A DNA stretch of 64,000 nt. Origin: Ignavibacteria bacterium. Lineage in GTDB: Bacteria > Bacteroidota > Ignavibacteria > Tepidaquicellales > OLB5. The stretch spans positions 1,461,075 through 1,525,074 of the forward strand of contig JAFLBX010000002.1 in assembly GCA_017303675.1 (NCBI GenBank), given 5' to 3'. Positions 1 to 10,118 of this stretch are shown one piece after another (position 1 is the first letter of the stretch; each line of letters begins with the position of its first letter). The translations under genes and the position numbers were made by a program. The notes below the pieces were generated by a model that was not told the DNA's origin, did no database searches, and saw only the letters and a list, made by a program, of their open reading frames with translations.

Positions 1-413
1 CTACAAATCCGGCAGAGCTTATTGCCTCAAAGCATATGCAGACCTTCTTAAATATGATGAAGCCTAAATATGATTATATTTTAATTGACTCTCCCCCGCT
101 TGCCACTGTAACAGATGCTGAGCTTCTTTCATCATATGTTGATGGCACTGTGGTGGTAAGCTTAGCAAGTAAAACAAGGCTTGACCTTTTGGTTAATACA
201 ATTGATACTCTGAACAAAATCAATGATACGTTCATTGGAGTAATACTTAACAACTTTGATTACCAGGCAACATACGGAAGTTATTATAAATATTACTATT
301 ATTATTACGGTTCAGAAAAAGGTAAAGAAGGTGCATCAGGTACGAACGGTAAATCTACAAACGGTGTAAGTACCAATGGCACCCAGAAAGAAAAGATAAT
401 TAAACCTAACTAG
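1..413 (+). CDS. BY-type protein tyrosine kinase (Wzc/CpsD family), C-terminal part; 5' end outside window
   Basis: Frame is open from the window edge. Walker-B-like YDYILIDSPP motif and C-terminal tyrosine cluster SYYKYYYYYYG, typical of polysaccharide co-polymerase kinases. Confidence 0.8.
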   Translation, partial: TNPAELIASKHMQTFLNMMKPKYDYILIDSPPLATVTDAELLSSYVDGTVVVSLASKTRLDLLVNTIDTLNKINDTFIGVILNNFDYQATYGSYYKYYYYYYGSEKGKEGASGTNGKSTNGVSTNGTQKEKIIKPN

Positions 414-415
414 TA

Positions 416-703
416 TTGCAGCTAAGAATATTTTTTAAATCTTTTCCTGAAACATCAAAGTGTCCATCCTGCGGCAAAATAGGAACGATAAGAAGAAGCA
501 GGACTAAAAACTTACTGGAAACGTCAATTAAGCTTTCCAGGGTTGCAAACCTGTACAAATGCAGGGAGTGTGGCTGGCGGGGAATGCTTAAAAAATACAC
601 TGTCAACAAATATTCATTCATTACTTTGATATTTTATATAGTGCTCATTGTTTCTGTGGCCTATGTAATAAGACAGGTTTTAACAAAAAATTTCGGCACA
701 TAA
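416..703 (+). CDS. Small zinc-ribbon membrane protein (hypothetical)
   Basis: 95-aa ORF with TTG start 2 nt after the kinase stop. Has CPSC...CREC (two CxxC pairs) followed by one hydrophobic helix (FITLIFYIVLIVSVAYVI). Confidence 0.45.
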   Translation: MQLRIFFKSFPETSKCPSCGKIGTIRRSRTKNLLETSIKLSRVANLYKCRECGWRGMLKKYTVNKYSFITLIFYIVLIVSVAYVIRQVLTKNFGT

Positions 704-728
704 ATTACACGTCTCACCTTTTATAATT

Positions 729-1286
729 ATGGCTATTTACGATATAAATTTTCATGAATTTGTTTCGGCAAAGCTTGCTGAAAACGGCTTCAGGATAGAA
801 CACATCACAAGTGAGATGATGGAAAGCAGAACCGGCGATTTCATGGATTTTGTTAACAGCATACGCCGGGAATACAGCCGTGAATACGGCTGGAGTGAAG
901 AATCCCGCGAATATTTTTTAAACCCTTTAAAAGATAAATTCAAATTCAGCTTTACTATCTTAAATGAAAAAGACGAGATCTGCTTTGTCAATTTCTCATC
1001 TGTTTACGATAAGATCATTCATAATCACTGCACTTATGCAAGAAAAGATACACGCAGCTTTAATTTTGCCAAGCTGCATATCATAAAATTGTGCCAGGCC
1101 GGGCTTGATGCCGGCTTCACTCACCAGGAAGGGTTCTGGCCAAAAACGAATAACGGATCTATCATACTATTTTTAAGGATGGGATGGAAAATAGACAGCA
1201 TCAGGAATAATAAAGAGCTGTTCATGCTGGCTGATCTTGAAAAAGTAAGAAACCAAACGTATGAATTAGTACTTGCAGGTAAATAA
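729..1286 (+). CDS. Hypothetical protein, possibly acyl-CoA N-acyltransferase-like fold
   Basis: 185-aa ORF tightly packed in the operon. Only weak GNAT-like resemblance in the C-terminal half; no firm motif. Confidence 0.45.
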   Translation: MAIYDINFHEFVSAKLAENGFRIEHITSEMMESRTGDFMDFVNSIRREYSREYGWSEESREYFLNPLKDKFKFSFTILNEKDEICFVNFSSVYDKIIHNHCTYARKDTRSFNFAKLHIIKLCQAGLDAGFTHQEGFWPKTNNGSIILFLRMGWKIDSIRNNKELFMLADLEKVRNQTYELVLAGK

Positions 1287-1287
1287 A

Positions 1288-2022
1288 ATGAAAAAACTTA
1301 ATATACTGTTAACCGGTGCATCAGGGGGCTTAGGCAAACATTTTACCCTGGGCCTGGCAAATGCAGGACACAATCTTGCATTGCAGTTCAACAGCAATGA
1401 AAACAGCATTGCCGAAAGCATAAAAGAAATTAAAGACCTTAACTCAAAGATCAAAGCTTATAAAACTGATATTACCAAAGAAGAAGAAGTTGCGGAGCTT
1501 GTAAACAACGTAAAAAATGATCTTGGAAGTATTGATGTACTTATAAATAATGCAGGTATTTCCATAAATGCAATGAGCTGGAAGCTAAGTGCAGATGACT
1601 GGAACAGGGTTATAAGCGTTAATTTAACGGGCCCGTTCTTATGCACAAAACATGTACTTCCTGTAATGAAGGAAAGCCGGTTCGGCAGGATCATTTATAT
1701 TTCTTCAGTGGTTCCGCAAATAGGCGTAGCGGGAACTGCTGCATATGCAGCATCAAAAGCCGGGCTTGGCGGCTTGTGCAAAACCATCAGCAAAGAAGTA
1801 ATTAAGAACAATATTACTGCAAATCTCATTTCACTGGGTTATTTTGATGCCGGTCTGCTTTACCAGATACCTGAGGAGATCCGGGGACAGATCAAAGAAT
1901 CTATTCCCGTAAAAAACTTTGGCGACCCAATGGAAATAGTTGAGTGCATTAAATATATATGCCTTGAAGAATCAAAATACCTTACCGGCCAGACAATAAA
2001 CCTAAACGGAGGATTATTCTAG
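1288..2022 (+). CDS. Short-chain dehydrogenase/reductase (FabG-like)
   Basis: TGASGGLG cofactor motif, NNAG, and YAASK catalytic Tyr-x3-Lys. The ATG at 1288 sits just after the upstream stop; the ORF track begins at 1273. Confidence 0.85.
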   Translation: MKKLNILLTGASGGLGKHFTLGLANAGHNLALQFNSNENSIAESIKEIKDLNSKIKAYKTDITKEEEVAELVNNVKNDLGSIDVLINNAGISINAMSWKLSADDWNRVISVNLTGPFLCTKHVLPVMKESRFGRIIYISSVVPQIGVAGTAAYAASKAGLGGLCKTISKEVIKNNITANLISLGYFDAGLLYQIPEEIRGQIKESIPVKNFGDPMEIVECIKYICLEESKYLTGQTINLNGGLF

Positions 2023-2026
2023 CCGG

Positions 2027-3976
2027 ATGTGCGGAATAAACGGTTTAATTACCGCAGATGATAACCTGAAGCGAAAAATAATAAAGGCCAATGAACTGTT
2101 AAAACACAGGGGTCCCGATGATGAAGGTTATGTAGTAATAAATACTGAACGCTGCACTCATGAAAAATTTTCAGGAACGGATTCATCAGCCGCTATTAAA
2201 AATAAATATCCTTATATCTCGTTTAAAAATAATTCAAGTGAAGACCTGATCTTAGCCCACAGAAGGCTTGCAATAATCGATCTCAGCGAACATGGCCATG
2301 GCCCGATGAGTAATCCGGATGGCAGTGTGTGGATTACATTCAACGGGGAAATCTATAACTACCTGGAACTAAGAGATGAGTTAAAAACCGCAGGTTACAG
2401 GTTCAGCACCAATTCTGATACCGAAGTAATAATAAATTCCTATTTACACTGGGGAACTGACTGCCTTAATAAATTCAATGGTATGTGGGCTTTTGCACTT
2501 TGGGATAGATCCAAAAAAAGGCTGTTTATTGCCCGGGACCGTTTTGGAGTAAAACCATTATATTATATCCACAGTGAAAATTACTTTGCTTTTTCTTCGG
2601 AACTTAAGCCATTGGCACTTTACAGTGATTTTAATGTAAACATCAACAGGAAAAAAATTCCTTATTACCTTATCTATGGCAACAGATTAAATACTGAAGA
2701 TACATATTTGGAAGATATAAAATCCCTGAAAGCTTCGCATTTCCTTATATATGAAAACGGGAATGTTACAACACGCCAGTATTATGATATAGCCAAAGCA
2801 ATCCATATTGAAAAAAGCGAAAATGAGCTGAAGGGAACACTTGTAAATCTTCTGGAAGATTCGATAAAGCTCCGGTTCAGAAGTGATGTACCTGTTGGTA
2901 CTTGCCTTAGCGGAGGGTTTGACTCATCAAGTATAGTATCCCTGGCAACAGATGTAGGGAAAAACAACCTGGAAACATTTTCTGCGGTTTGGCAGGAAAA
3001 AAGCTGTGATGAATCATTTTATATTGATATAGTAAACCAAAAATTTTCATGTTCGCCGAATAAGATTATTCCGAAAGAAGAAGAATTCGTTAAGGTGTTT
3101 AATGAACTGTGTTATTACCAGGAAATACCCACAGAAGGACCCGGTTTATACCCCCAATGGTATGTAATGAAAAAAGCGAGTGAAAAGGTCAAGGTTTTGC
3201 TTGATGGCCAGGGTGGAGATGAAGTATTCGGCGGGTATTTTCAGATGGGGGCATACCTGCGAGGTGTTTTACGGGATAAAAATATTTTCAAAATAGCTGC
3301 AGAATCACCTAACTTCCTGAAATTCTTTAATAAAAACGGGCTGCACTCTTTTACAAGCTGGCTCTTCCCGAGGCAATACGGATATATGACACGCTCAAAG
3401 CTTTCAGCAAGATTTGAGATCATCAACACAGCTTTACTGAATGAAATGGAAAAAGACTCGCTTTATTTTGATGTGGAACCTGCTAAAAAATTCGGCAGCT
3501 ATTTAAGCAGCCTTTCATATCACTTTATCAGGAACATGACGATCCCTGCTTTGCTGCATTATGAAGACAGGTCTTCAATGGCGCATTCAATAGAAAGCCG
3601 TGTTCCGTTCCTGGATTACAGGCTTGTGGAATTCGGTATAAATTTGAGATCAAAGTATCTTTCCCATAAAGGTGTTTCGCGCCCTTTATACCGCAGCGCA
3701 ATGAAACCATACCTGCCTGATGAAGTGGTGAACAGAAAAGATAAGCTGGGATTTCCGGTCCCTTTCTCTGAATGGACTCACAATTCACTGAAAAGTATGA
3801 TCATGGATGAGTTGACTGAAAATAACAGCGCATTATTTGATTTTGTAAACAGGAAAAAACTTGTAGATAACCTGGAGCTGCATTTTTCAGGTAAAAAAGA
3901 TTATGGCTGGGAAATTTGGCGAATGCTGAGCCTGAATAATTTCCTTAAGCTGTTTAGATATAAATCAATTCTTTAA
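2027..3976 (+). CDS. asnB: Asparagine synthase (glutamine-hydrolysing) family amidotransferase, polysaccharide-locus type
   Basis: N-terminal MCGI nucleophile Cys2, HRRLAIIDL glutaminase motif and SGGFDSS PP-loop. Confidence 0.88.
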   Translation: MCGINGLITADDNLKRKIIKANELLKHRGPDDEGYVVINTERCTHEKFSGTDSSAAIKNKYPYISFKNNSSEDLILAHRRLAIIDLSEHGHGPMSNPDGSVWITFNGEIYNYLELRDELKTAGYRFSTNSDTEVIINSYLHWGTDCLNKFNGMWAFALWDRSKKRLFIARDRFGVKPLYYIHSENYFAFSSELKPLALYSDFNVNINRKKIPYYLIYGNRLNTEDTYLEDIKSLKASHFLIYENGNVTTRQYYDIAKAIHIEKSENELKGTLVNLLEDSIKLRFRSDVPVGTCLSGGFDSSSIVSLATDVGKNNLETFSAVWQEKSCDESFYIDIVNQKFSCSPNKIIPKEEEFVKVFNELCYYQEIPTEGPGLYPQWYVMKKASEKVKVLLDGQGGDEVFGGYFQMGAYLRGVLRDKNIFKIAAESPNFLKFFNKNGLHSFTSWLFPRQYGYMTRSKLSARFEIINTALLNEMEKDSLYFDVEPAKKFGSYLSSLSYHFIRNMTIPALLHYEDRSSMAHSIESRVPFLDYRLVEFGINLRSKYLSHKGVSRPLYRSAMKPYLPDEVVNRKDKLGFPVPFSEWTHNSLKSMIMDELTENNSALFDFVNRKKLVDNLELHFSGKKDYGWEIWRMLSLNNFLKLFRYKSIL

Positions 3977-4051
3977 AGTATAAGAACTGAAAATTAATTA
4001 AGTATTAAATTTGTAATATTTACATTAATTTAGTTAAAATATTAAAACTAT

Positions 4052-5236
4052 TTGATAAAATTTATTCTTGAATCTTATTCCTTTAAAAGGATACTGGTTT
4101 TAACAGTATTATCAATTGCTGTTTTGTTCCTTTTAAGTACCTTATTTGATAAGGCCTGGGGAAGCAGCTCTTATATTCCAATTGTCAGCCTGAATAGTGT
4201 TTATTCTTTTCCGGTTGAATATGATAATTTTAACAGGATCAATCTTAAGCTGATAAGTAAGGATAATATAGCAATTGAAGGCAACAAAAGATTCAGCAGG
4301 CAAAACAGCAATAAGCCAAATGATTATTATGATACAGTAAGTTTTTCTTACCCTGACAGCTCATATGACAAGATCAATAAAATTTATATAAAATTTGAAG
4401 ATTCCCATGATTATGATTCAGTATATTTTGTTGTTTCCAGGTCACAGGAAGATAAGATCTTTTACAACCAGATATTTTACAGCTCTGTTCTAATAAATAA
4501 TCTGAATGAATTTTCAAAAGATCCCTCTGAGTTCAGGATAAATAAATCAATACTTGTTAATGATGAACTGCTTGCAAGCAATGATACACTGATAAACCAG
4601 GTTTTCAGCTATTTCAATTCAAACATTGATAAGCTTGGAATTGCAGAATGCGGAAGAAATTGCGTGATATTCCAGGAGATCTGCATAAGGTTCGGGGTAC
4701 CCTGCAGATTAGTTAACCTGCAGGGCGGTGATGATGATAAAGTCGGATTTTCAGATAATATAGGCTACCCATTACATGTAGTGTGTGAAATTTTTTCAAG
4801 TAAACACAAAAAATGGTATGTAGTTGATCCAACATACGGCTTCAGGTTCAAGCTTTCTGATTTCAATGACTATCTTAATGCAGTTGAAATTGCAAATAAA
4901 CACACTTTCAGGAGAGAAGATCAGATAATACAGGATAGTGTTTTACTTACCAAACGCTCTTTAGTCGGTAAAGACTATTTCAAGTATTACGAAAATGTTG
5001 TATTTTCCATGCCTGAATGGAAAAACAGGATCTTAAAAAAACTGATCAATATATTTTACGGGAATTTTAACTACTATTTATACCTGTTCTCAAATAATTT
5101 TCCGATTGTAAAGAACGGTTTTTATTATGTAGGAATTAAAACCTTCATGTATTTTTTCCTTCTGATACTTTATATAAATGCCGTGTTATTTCTACTTATG
5201 CGCAGGCTATTCCTGGTAAAAAAACCAAAACATTGA
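4052..5236 (+). CDS. Membrane protein with transglutaminase-like Cys-His-Asp core
   Basis: TTG start and N-terminal TM helix. Has AECGRNC ... HVVCEIF ... VVDP spacing like a transglutaminase core, plus C-terminal hydrophobic helices. Confidence 0.6.
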   Translation: MIKFILESYSFKRILVLTVLSIAVLFLLSTLFDKAWGSSSYIPIVSLNSVYSFPVEYDNFNRINLKLISKDNIAIEGNKRFSRQNSNKPNDYYDTVSFSYPDSSYDKINKIYIKFEDSHDYDSVYFVVSRSQEDKIFYNQIFYSSVLINNLNEFSKDPSEFRINKSILVNDELLASNDTLINQVFSYFNSNIDKLGIAECGRNCVIFQEICIRFGVPCRLVNLQGGDDDKVGFSDNIGYPLHVVCEIFSSKHKKWYVVDPTYGFRFKLSDFNDYLNAVEIANKHTFRREDQIIQDSVLLTKRSLVGKDYFKYYENVVFSMPEWKNRILKKLINIFYGNFNYYLYLFSNNFPIVKNGFYYVGIKTFMYFFLLILYINAVLFLLMRRLFLVKKPKH

Positions 5237-5247
5237 TAAATAATAAT

Positions 5248-5907
5248 ATGATAGACAGCATAATTTCCAAACGAAAACCCGGTAAAAAAAAGAATGTTGT
5301 TGTTTTTGGAGCGCATCCTGATGATTTTGAAGTCGGGTGTTCAGGAACTATACTTAAATATCTTGATACAATTAATCTTAAGATATATGTAATGTCTGAC
5401 CGCTATGAAGACGGCAAGCTTAGAAACCTGAAAGAAAAAGATAAATCTTTCAGGATCCTGGGTCTGGATAAGGTACCATGTACTGTCTATGATATTCCTA
5501 CAAGGATTTTCCATGATTTCCGCTCTAAAATCAGAAATATACTGTACGATATTGCTACAAAAACAGATGTGGATGTTGTTTTCACTCCCCCAATTCATGA
5601 TATACACCAGGATCATATTGTGCTGGCAGATGAAGTCATAAGGCTTTTCAGGGAAAAGACAATATTTGGCTATGAAGTAATAAGAAGCGGATATGATTTT
5701 ATGCCGAACATGCATGTAAACATTCCATTAGAACTGGTAAATTTAAAAATTAAGGCAGCTCAATCATATAAATCACAATGGTCAACCACCAAAAGCGGAG
5801 GTTACTACTTTTCAAAAGAAGTAATGAAAGGTCTTATGAGAGCCCGCGGCGCTCAGTTTGGCGTTGAATATGCTGAAGCATTCGAAGTGTACCATCTTAA
5901 GTTATGA
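5248..5907 (+). CDS. PIG-L/LmbE family deacetylase
   Basis: VVFGAHPDDFEVGCSGT and HQDH metal-binding motifs. Alternative TTG start at 5233. Confidence 0.8.
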   Translation: MIDSIISKRKPGKKKNVVVFGAHPDDFEVGCSGTILKYLDTINLKIYVMSDRYEDGKLRNLKEKDKSFRILGLDKVPCTVYDIPTRIFHDFRSKIRNILYDIATKTDVDVVFTPPIHDIHQDHIVLADEVIRLFREKTIFGYEVIRSGYDFMPNMHVNIPLELVNLKIKAAQSYKSQWSTTKSGGYYFSKEVMKGLMRARGAQFGVEYAEAFEVYHLKL

Positions 5908-7091
5908 AGCATAAAATTGTAGTATTGTGTTTTAATTATGAGCCAAGCCAGTTCCCTGTTAAACCGGATACGGAGAACAGGTTCTACACCTACGGATTTG
6001 GAAGTACTTTTGGCAGGCTGTTTAACAATTATCTTAAACAATATTCAACTGAAGTCTGGCGAATTGATGGTTATTGCAAAGAAAAATATTATGAGAAAAA
6101 TATTGATAACATAAAATACAGAGTGTTCAAAGCAGCTCATTTAAGCAAACTGGGATATTTTTCATGGAATTATATTAAAGAGCTTAAAAGAGAAAAACAG
6201 AACCACGGCACAATATTTTTTGTTGTTCATACACACAACTGGCAAACGTACCAGGCAGCCTACTTTTTGAAGGGGGCAAAAATAATTACAACGCATCACG
6301 GCGACTGGTCACCGTTCTTTTTATACAATAATACAACAGGTCTGCGTAAAGTGAAGGCTTTACTTGGCAAGATGGCTGAAAAATTAACCTTTAAAAATAT
6401 CAGTTACTTTTTGATTTGTGATATAAACCAGGTGAAATTCATAAAAATGGCATATCCCGGATTTAAATATGAGATTTTTTCAACCGGACTGGACATTCAC
6501 AGGTTCAAAAATATAACCAGAAATGAAGCACGGGATCTGTTAAAGCTAGATAAAAACAAAAAATATATTCTGTATGTTGGAAAACTGTACAAATATAAGC
6601 AGGTTGATAAGCTTATCGAAATTTGGCTGGAGATCAAAAAGTCAAAGCCTGAAACTGAACTATTGATTGTTGGTAATGAAGAAAAAGGCAAATGGGGAGA
6701 AGAATATTATGACCTTGCTGAAAGATCAGGAGCTATAATAGTTGGAAGAGTGCTGAATATTGAACTGTATAAATATTACTGCGCAGCTGATGTATATGTA
6801 TTGTTAAATCTAAGGGATGATTATTTCGGGGGAATAGGTATTGCACCGCTTGAAAGCCTGGCTTGCAATACACCTGTTGTTTCAAATGCATTAAAGAATT
6901 ATCTTGGACCGAACCTTAAAGAAATTGGCGAGATACCGGAATCATTGGAAGATTATAAAAATTCGATATTGAATATTCTTAATGATCCCAACAGATTCGT
7001 AAATATGCGTGAAAGTGTTGACAGGTTTTATTCCTTAGAAGCAGTTGCAGACAGAATGGAACGAATTTTTATAATTTTTAATAATAAATAA
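5904..7091 (+). CDS. Glycosyltransferase, GT-B fold (GT4-like)
   Basis: ATGA overlap with the upstream gene. C-terminal GGIGIAPLESLACNTPVV matches the E(x7)E-type GT4 region. Confidence 0.8.
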   Translation: MKHKIVVLCFNYEPSQFPVKPDTENRFYTYGFGSTFGRLFNNYLKQYSTEVWRIDGYCKEKYYEKNIDNIKYRVFKAAHLSKLGYFSWNYIKELKREKQNHGTIFFVVHTHNWQTYQAAYFLKGAKIITTHHGDWSPFFLYNNTTGLRKVKALLGKMAEKLTFKNISYFLICDINQVKFIKMAYPGFKYEIFSTGLDIHRFKNITRNEARDLLKLDKNKKYILYVGKLYKYKQVDKLIEIWLEIKKSKPETELLIVGNEEKGKWGEEYYDLAERSGAIIVGRVLNIELYKYYCAADVYVLLNLRDDYFGGIGIAPLESLACNTPVVSNALKNYLGPNLKEIGEIPESLEDYKNSILNILNDPNRFVNMRESVDRFYSLEAVADRMERIFIIFNNK

Positions 7092-7118
7092 GCAAAGTAT
7101 AAATTAATTACATCATAT

Positions 7119-7724
7119 ATGAAAAAAATACTTGCAATAGGACCACACCCTGATGATATAGAACTTGGATGCTTTGGAACAATGGCAAAGTACAAGAAAA
7201 AAGGAGATGATGTCAACTTTCTTGTATTAACCAAAGGAGAAGGCGGTACAGAAAACACTAACAGAATTGATGAAGCTGTAGAATCTGCCTCTCTAATTAA
7301 AGCGAAGCTGTTCATCGAAGATCTGCCTGACAGGTTCATTAGTGAAGGTCCAGAAACTATTACTATAATTGAAAAGTATATTAAACAGCTCGATCCTGAT
7401 GCTGTTTTTATTCCAACTGAATCAGATACTCACCAGGACCACCGGGCTACATATAACGCTTGTATGGTGGCATGCAGAACAGTAAAAGAAGTATACGCTT
7501 ATGAAACACCAAGTACATCAAGGAAATTTTCTCCCAATTATTTTGTAGATATCACGGATTATATCGGCCTCAAAGTTAAAGCAGTAAAGATCCATTCCTC
7601 ACAGGGCGGCAAAGGCTACATGGCTGATAGAGCTGTTGAGGGTCTGGCAGAATACAGGGCATTTGATATCCTGCTCAATGACAGGTATGTTGAAGGTTTT
7701 GATGTTATAAAGGTAATTGAATAA
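7119..7724 (+). CDS. PIG-L/LmbE family deacetylase (second copy)
   Basis: ILAIGPHPDDIELGCFGT and THQDH motifs. Confidence 0.85.
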   Translation: MKKILAIGPHPDDIELGCFGTMAKYKKKGDDVNFLVLTKGEGGTENTNRIDEAVESASLIKAKLFIEDLPDRFISEGPETITIIEKYIKQLDPDAVFIPTESDTHQDHRATYNACMVACRTVKEVYAYETPSTSRKFSPNYFVDITDYIGLKVKAVKIHSSQGGKGYMADRAVEGLAEYRAFDILLNDRYVEGFDVIKVIE

Positions 7725-7742
7725 TAATACTGCCCTAAAAAT

Positions 7743-8441
7743 ATGATATGCACAATACACCAGCCTAATTACCTGCCTTACCTGGGTTTTTTTGAAAAAG
7801 CCTATAACAGCGATATCTTCGTTTTATATGATACCACACAATTCAAAAAAAATGACTGGCAGAACAGGAATAAGCTGTGTACCGGCAACAGCTGGCAATG
7901 GATATCGCTTCCTATCTTGCATGATTTCGGACAGAAAATAATGGAAGTTAAGATAAAAGACCCCGGAAAGAATCTTGCCAAAAACTGGAGATCAATTAAG
8001 GTAATATACGGAAGAGCACCATTTTTTAAAGAATATGCTCCAGCTTATGAGAATATATATAATTCTGATATAGAGTTAATTTCAGAATTAAACAGTAAAA
8101 TTATACTTACCGCTGCAGGTCAATTAGGCTTAAAAACAAAGTTTGTAAAAAGCAGTGAATTGCCTGATATCACTACTACTAGCACACAGGCATTAATTGA
8201 TATTAACAGGCATGTTAATGCTGATACTTATATTTCAGGGGCTGAAGGTATTAACTACCTGGATATGGATCTGTGGAACAGCAGCGGCTTAAAAATAATT
8301 TTTCAGAAATATCACCACCCTGTTTACAAACAATTCAACTCAGATGAATTTCAGCCTTATATGAACATTCTTGATCTTATTTTTAATTGCGGTCCTGAAA
8401 GCCTGGAAGTTTTACTCGGAAGAAAAAAAGCGGAAAGCTAA
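7743..8441 (+). CDS. WbqC-like family protein
   Basis: N-terminus MICTIHQPNYLPYLGFFEK is the hallmark of the WbqC family found in O-antigen loci. Confidence 0.8.
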   Translation: MICTIHQPNYLPYLGFFEKAYNSDIFVLYDTTQFKKNDWQNRNKLCTGNSWQWISLPILHDFGQKIMEVKIKDPGKNLAKNWRSIKVIYGRAPFFKEYAPAYENIYNSDIELISELNSKIILTAAGQLGLKTKFVKSSELPDITTTSTQALIDINRHVNADTYISGAEGINYLDMDLWNSSGLKIIFQKYHHPVYKQFNSDEFQPYMNILDLIFNCGPESLEVLLGRKKAES

Positions 8442-9199
8442 ATTTCCGCTATCAGAAGGTTATCAGTGCGGTGGAGTTTATAGCCCAGATCTGAAAATCT
8501 TTTTGCAAGGTCATCCTTGCTGTACTTATCTGAATTATGTACTTCTATAATATATTTTTTAACTGCTTTTAATGCATCATCTGATGAGTTCAGAAGCATT
8601 GGATATTCACTACCTTCACAATCTATTTTGGCATATTCAAATTTTTCAGAACCGGTAAGCTTTCGCAGGTCGTCAAATTTTACGCAGTTAACTTCTGTTA
8701 CTTTTGATAAAGATTCATCAAATTCACCGTCTATCATGGTATTACATCCGGTCCATTCGAATGAATAGAATTTGGAAGTTCCTTCAAAATCAGATACTGC
8801 CAGGTTGTAAGGCTTAACATTAACAGCCTTATTAAGTTTTAAATGCTCATCTAGCCTCGTGAATGTATCAGGAAATGGTTCGAAAGAATAAATATTTGCG
8901 TTGGGGAATTTTTTAGTTATATATAACGAAAAATATCCAACATTAGCGCCAATATCAATAATATTCAGTTTTTCGGAGGTACTTTCACCGAATTTGTAAT
9001 CTTCATCAACAAAAACCTCGAATAATGTCGTCAGGTCACCCTGGTTTTTATTAACATTTAGCGATAATCCGTTTTTCATACGGAACCGGTGCAAATTTTT
9101 ATCATCTTTGGTGAAATATTTCAGCCTGTAAAAGGTTATTAAGCTGCCAAGTTTCAGACGCGATGCCATTTTAAAAAAATTTGTTACCTTACCCGACAT
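8438..9199 (-). CDS. FkbM family SAM-dependent methyltransferase
   Basis: IIDIGANVGYFSLY SAM-binding motif and FkbM-like length. Its 3' end overlaps the WbqC gene by 4 nt (convergent). Confidence 0.8.
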   Translation of the reverse strand: MSGKVTNFFKMASRLKLGSLITFYRLKYFTKDDKNLHRFRMKNGLSLNVNKNQGDLTTLFEVFVDEDYKFGESTSEKLNIIDIGANVGYFSLYITKKFPNANIYSFEPFPDTFTRLDEHLKLNKAVNVKPYNLAVSDFEGTSKFYSFEWTGCNTMIDGEFDESLSKVTEVNCVKFDDLRKLTGSEKFEYAKIDCEGSEYPMLLNSSDDALKAVKKYIIEVHNSDKYSKDDLAKRFSDLGYKLHRTDNLLIAEI

Positions 9200-9383
9200 T
9201 ATACCTGCATTTATTTATTTCTGTATTAATAATGGTTACTAAATTAACCAAAGTATAAATTGAATACAATGTATTCCAAATTAAGTATACAATTATATTA
9301 AATTTGAATATACTATTTTATATTAACTAATTTTAATTTAAATTATGTTATATTTGAACTTATCAAAAAAAAATCCATAGAAA

Positions 9384-10100
9384 ATGCTGGCATTTACCTG
9401 TGATATAGACTGGGCCCCTGAAGAAGTAATTGAAGATACTCTCAATTTGTTTGAGCTTTTTGGAGTTAAATGCACATTTTTTTCAACTCATCACTCATTA
9501 AACCTCTCAAAATCAGATAAAAAGCTCTTCGAAATAGGGATCCATCCCAATTTTAACCAGCTTTTAAGAGGTGATAGTGATAAATCTTTCGAAGACATAC
9601 TTGATGATATAATGGATATACACCCTGAAGCTGTCGGAATAAGAACACATACAATGATGCAAAGTGTTGTTATGCTTCAGAAGTTCGCAGATAAAAAGCT
9701 TCTTTATGAATCAAACACATTAATGCCATATCAAACTGGTTTAAAGCCGATACGGCTTTGGAACAACCTTATCAGAATACCATTTAACTGGGAAGATGAT
9801 GTTCACTGGGCATACGGATACTCATTTGAAGACCCCAAAATTGATATCACCGCCAATGAAATGATAATATTAGACTTTCATCCGATACATATATATCTTA
9901 ATACAGAAAATAAATACAGGTACAGTGAGGCAAAAAATTTCTTTAATGATCCCAAAAAACTTCTGGAGTACAAAAATACAGAAGTGCCGGGTACAAGGGA
10001 CCTGCTGATAAACCTGCTGAAGAAATGCAGGAACGAAGGAATTGAAACTTTCAGGATGAAAGATATTGCTTATATCTGTTTAAGGGATAATATAATTTAA
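9384..10100 (+). CDS. Hypothetical protein, tentatively polysaccharide deacetylase-like
   Basis: 238-aa ORF. FTCDIDW...VKCTFFST...GIHPNF resembles NodB-type/deacetylase-like proteins of O-antigen loci. Assigned from memory only. Confidence 0.45.
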   Translation: MLAFTCDIDWAPEEVIEDTLNLFELFGVKCTFFSTHHSLNLSKSDKKLFEIGIHPNFNQLLRGDSDKSFEDILDDIMDIHPEAVGIRTHTMMQSVVMLQKFADKKLLYESNTLMPYQTGLKPIRLWNNLIRIPFNWEDDVHWAYGYSFEDPKIDITANEMIILDFHPIHIYLNTENKYRYSEAKNFFNDPKKLLEYKNTEVPGTRDLLINLLKKCRNEGIETFRMKDIAYICLRDNII

Positions 10101-10118
10101 TAATATTAATAACTGTTA

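Noticed and set aside
2027-5236. An AsnB-homolog followed directly by a transglutaminase-like protein resembles the lasso-peptide C (cyclase) and B (protease) gene pair.
   Set aside because: The AsnB homolog keeps an intact glutaminase domain (MCGI Cys2, HRRLAIIDL), unlike lasso cyclases. The transglutaminase-like protein is membrane-anchored at both ends and larger than B proteins. No precursor peptide ORF or PqqD-like RRE is visible in the 75-nt spacer or nearby, and the context is a polysaccharide locus.
5233-7724. The PIG-L / GT4 / PIG-L trio could be a bacillithiol- or mycothiol-type (BshA/BshB, MshA/MshB) low-molecular-weight thiol pathway.
   Set aside because: There is no BshC/MshC-like ligase. 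The GT4 N-terminus does not resemble BshA/MshA as I remember them. The genes are embedded between Wzx, WbqC and other glycan-assembly genes. The idea cannot be excluded without HMM searches.
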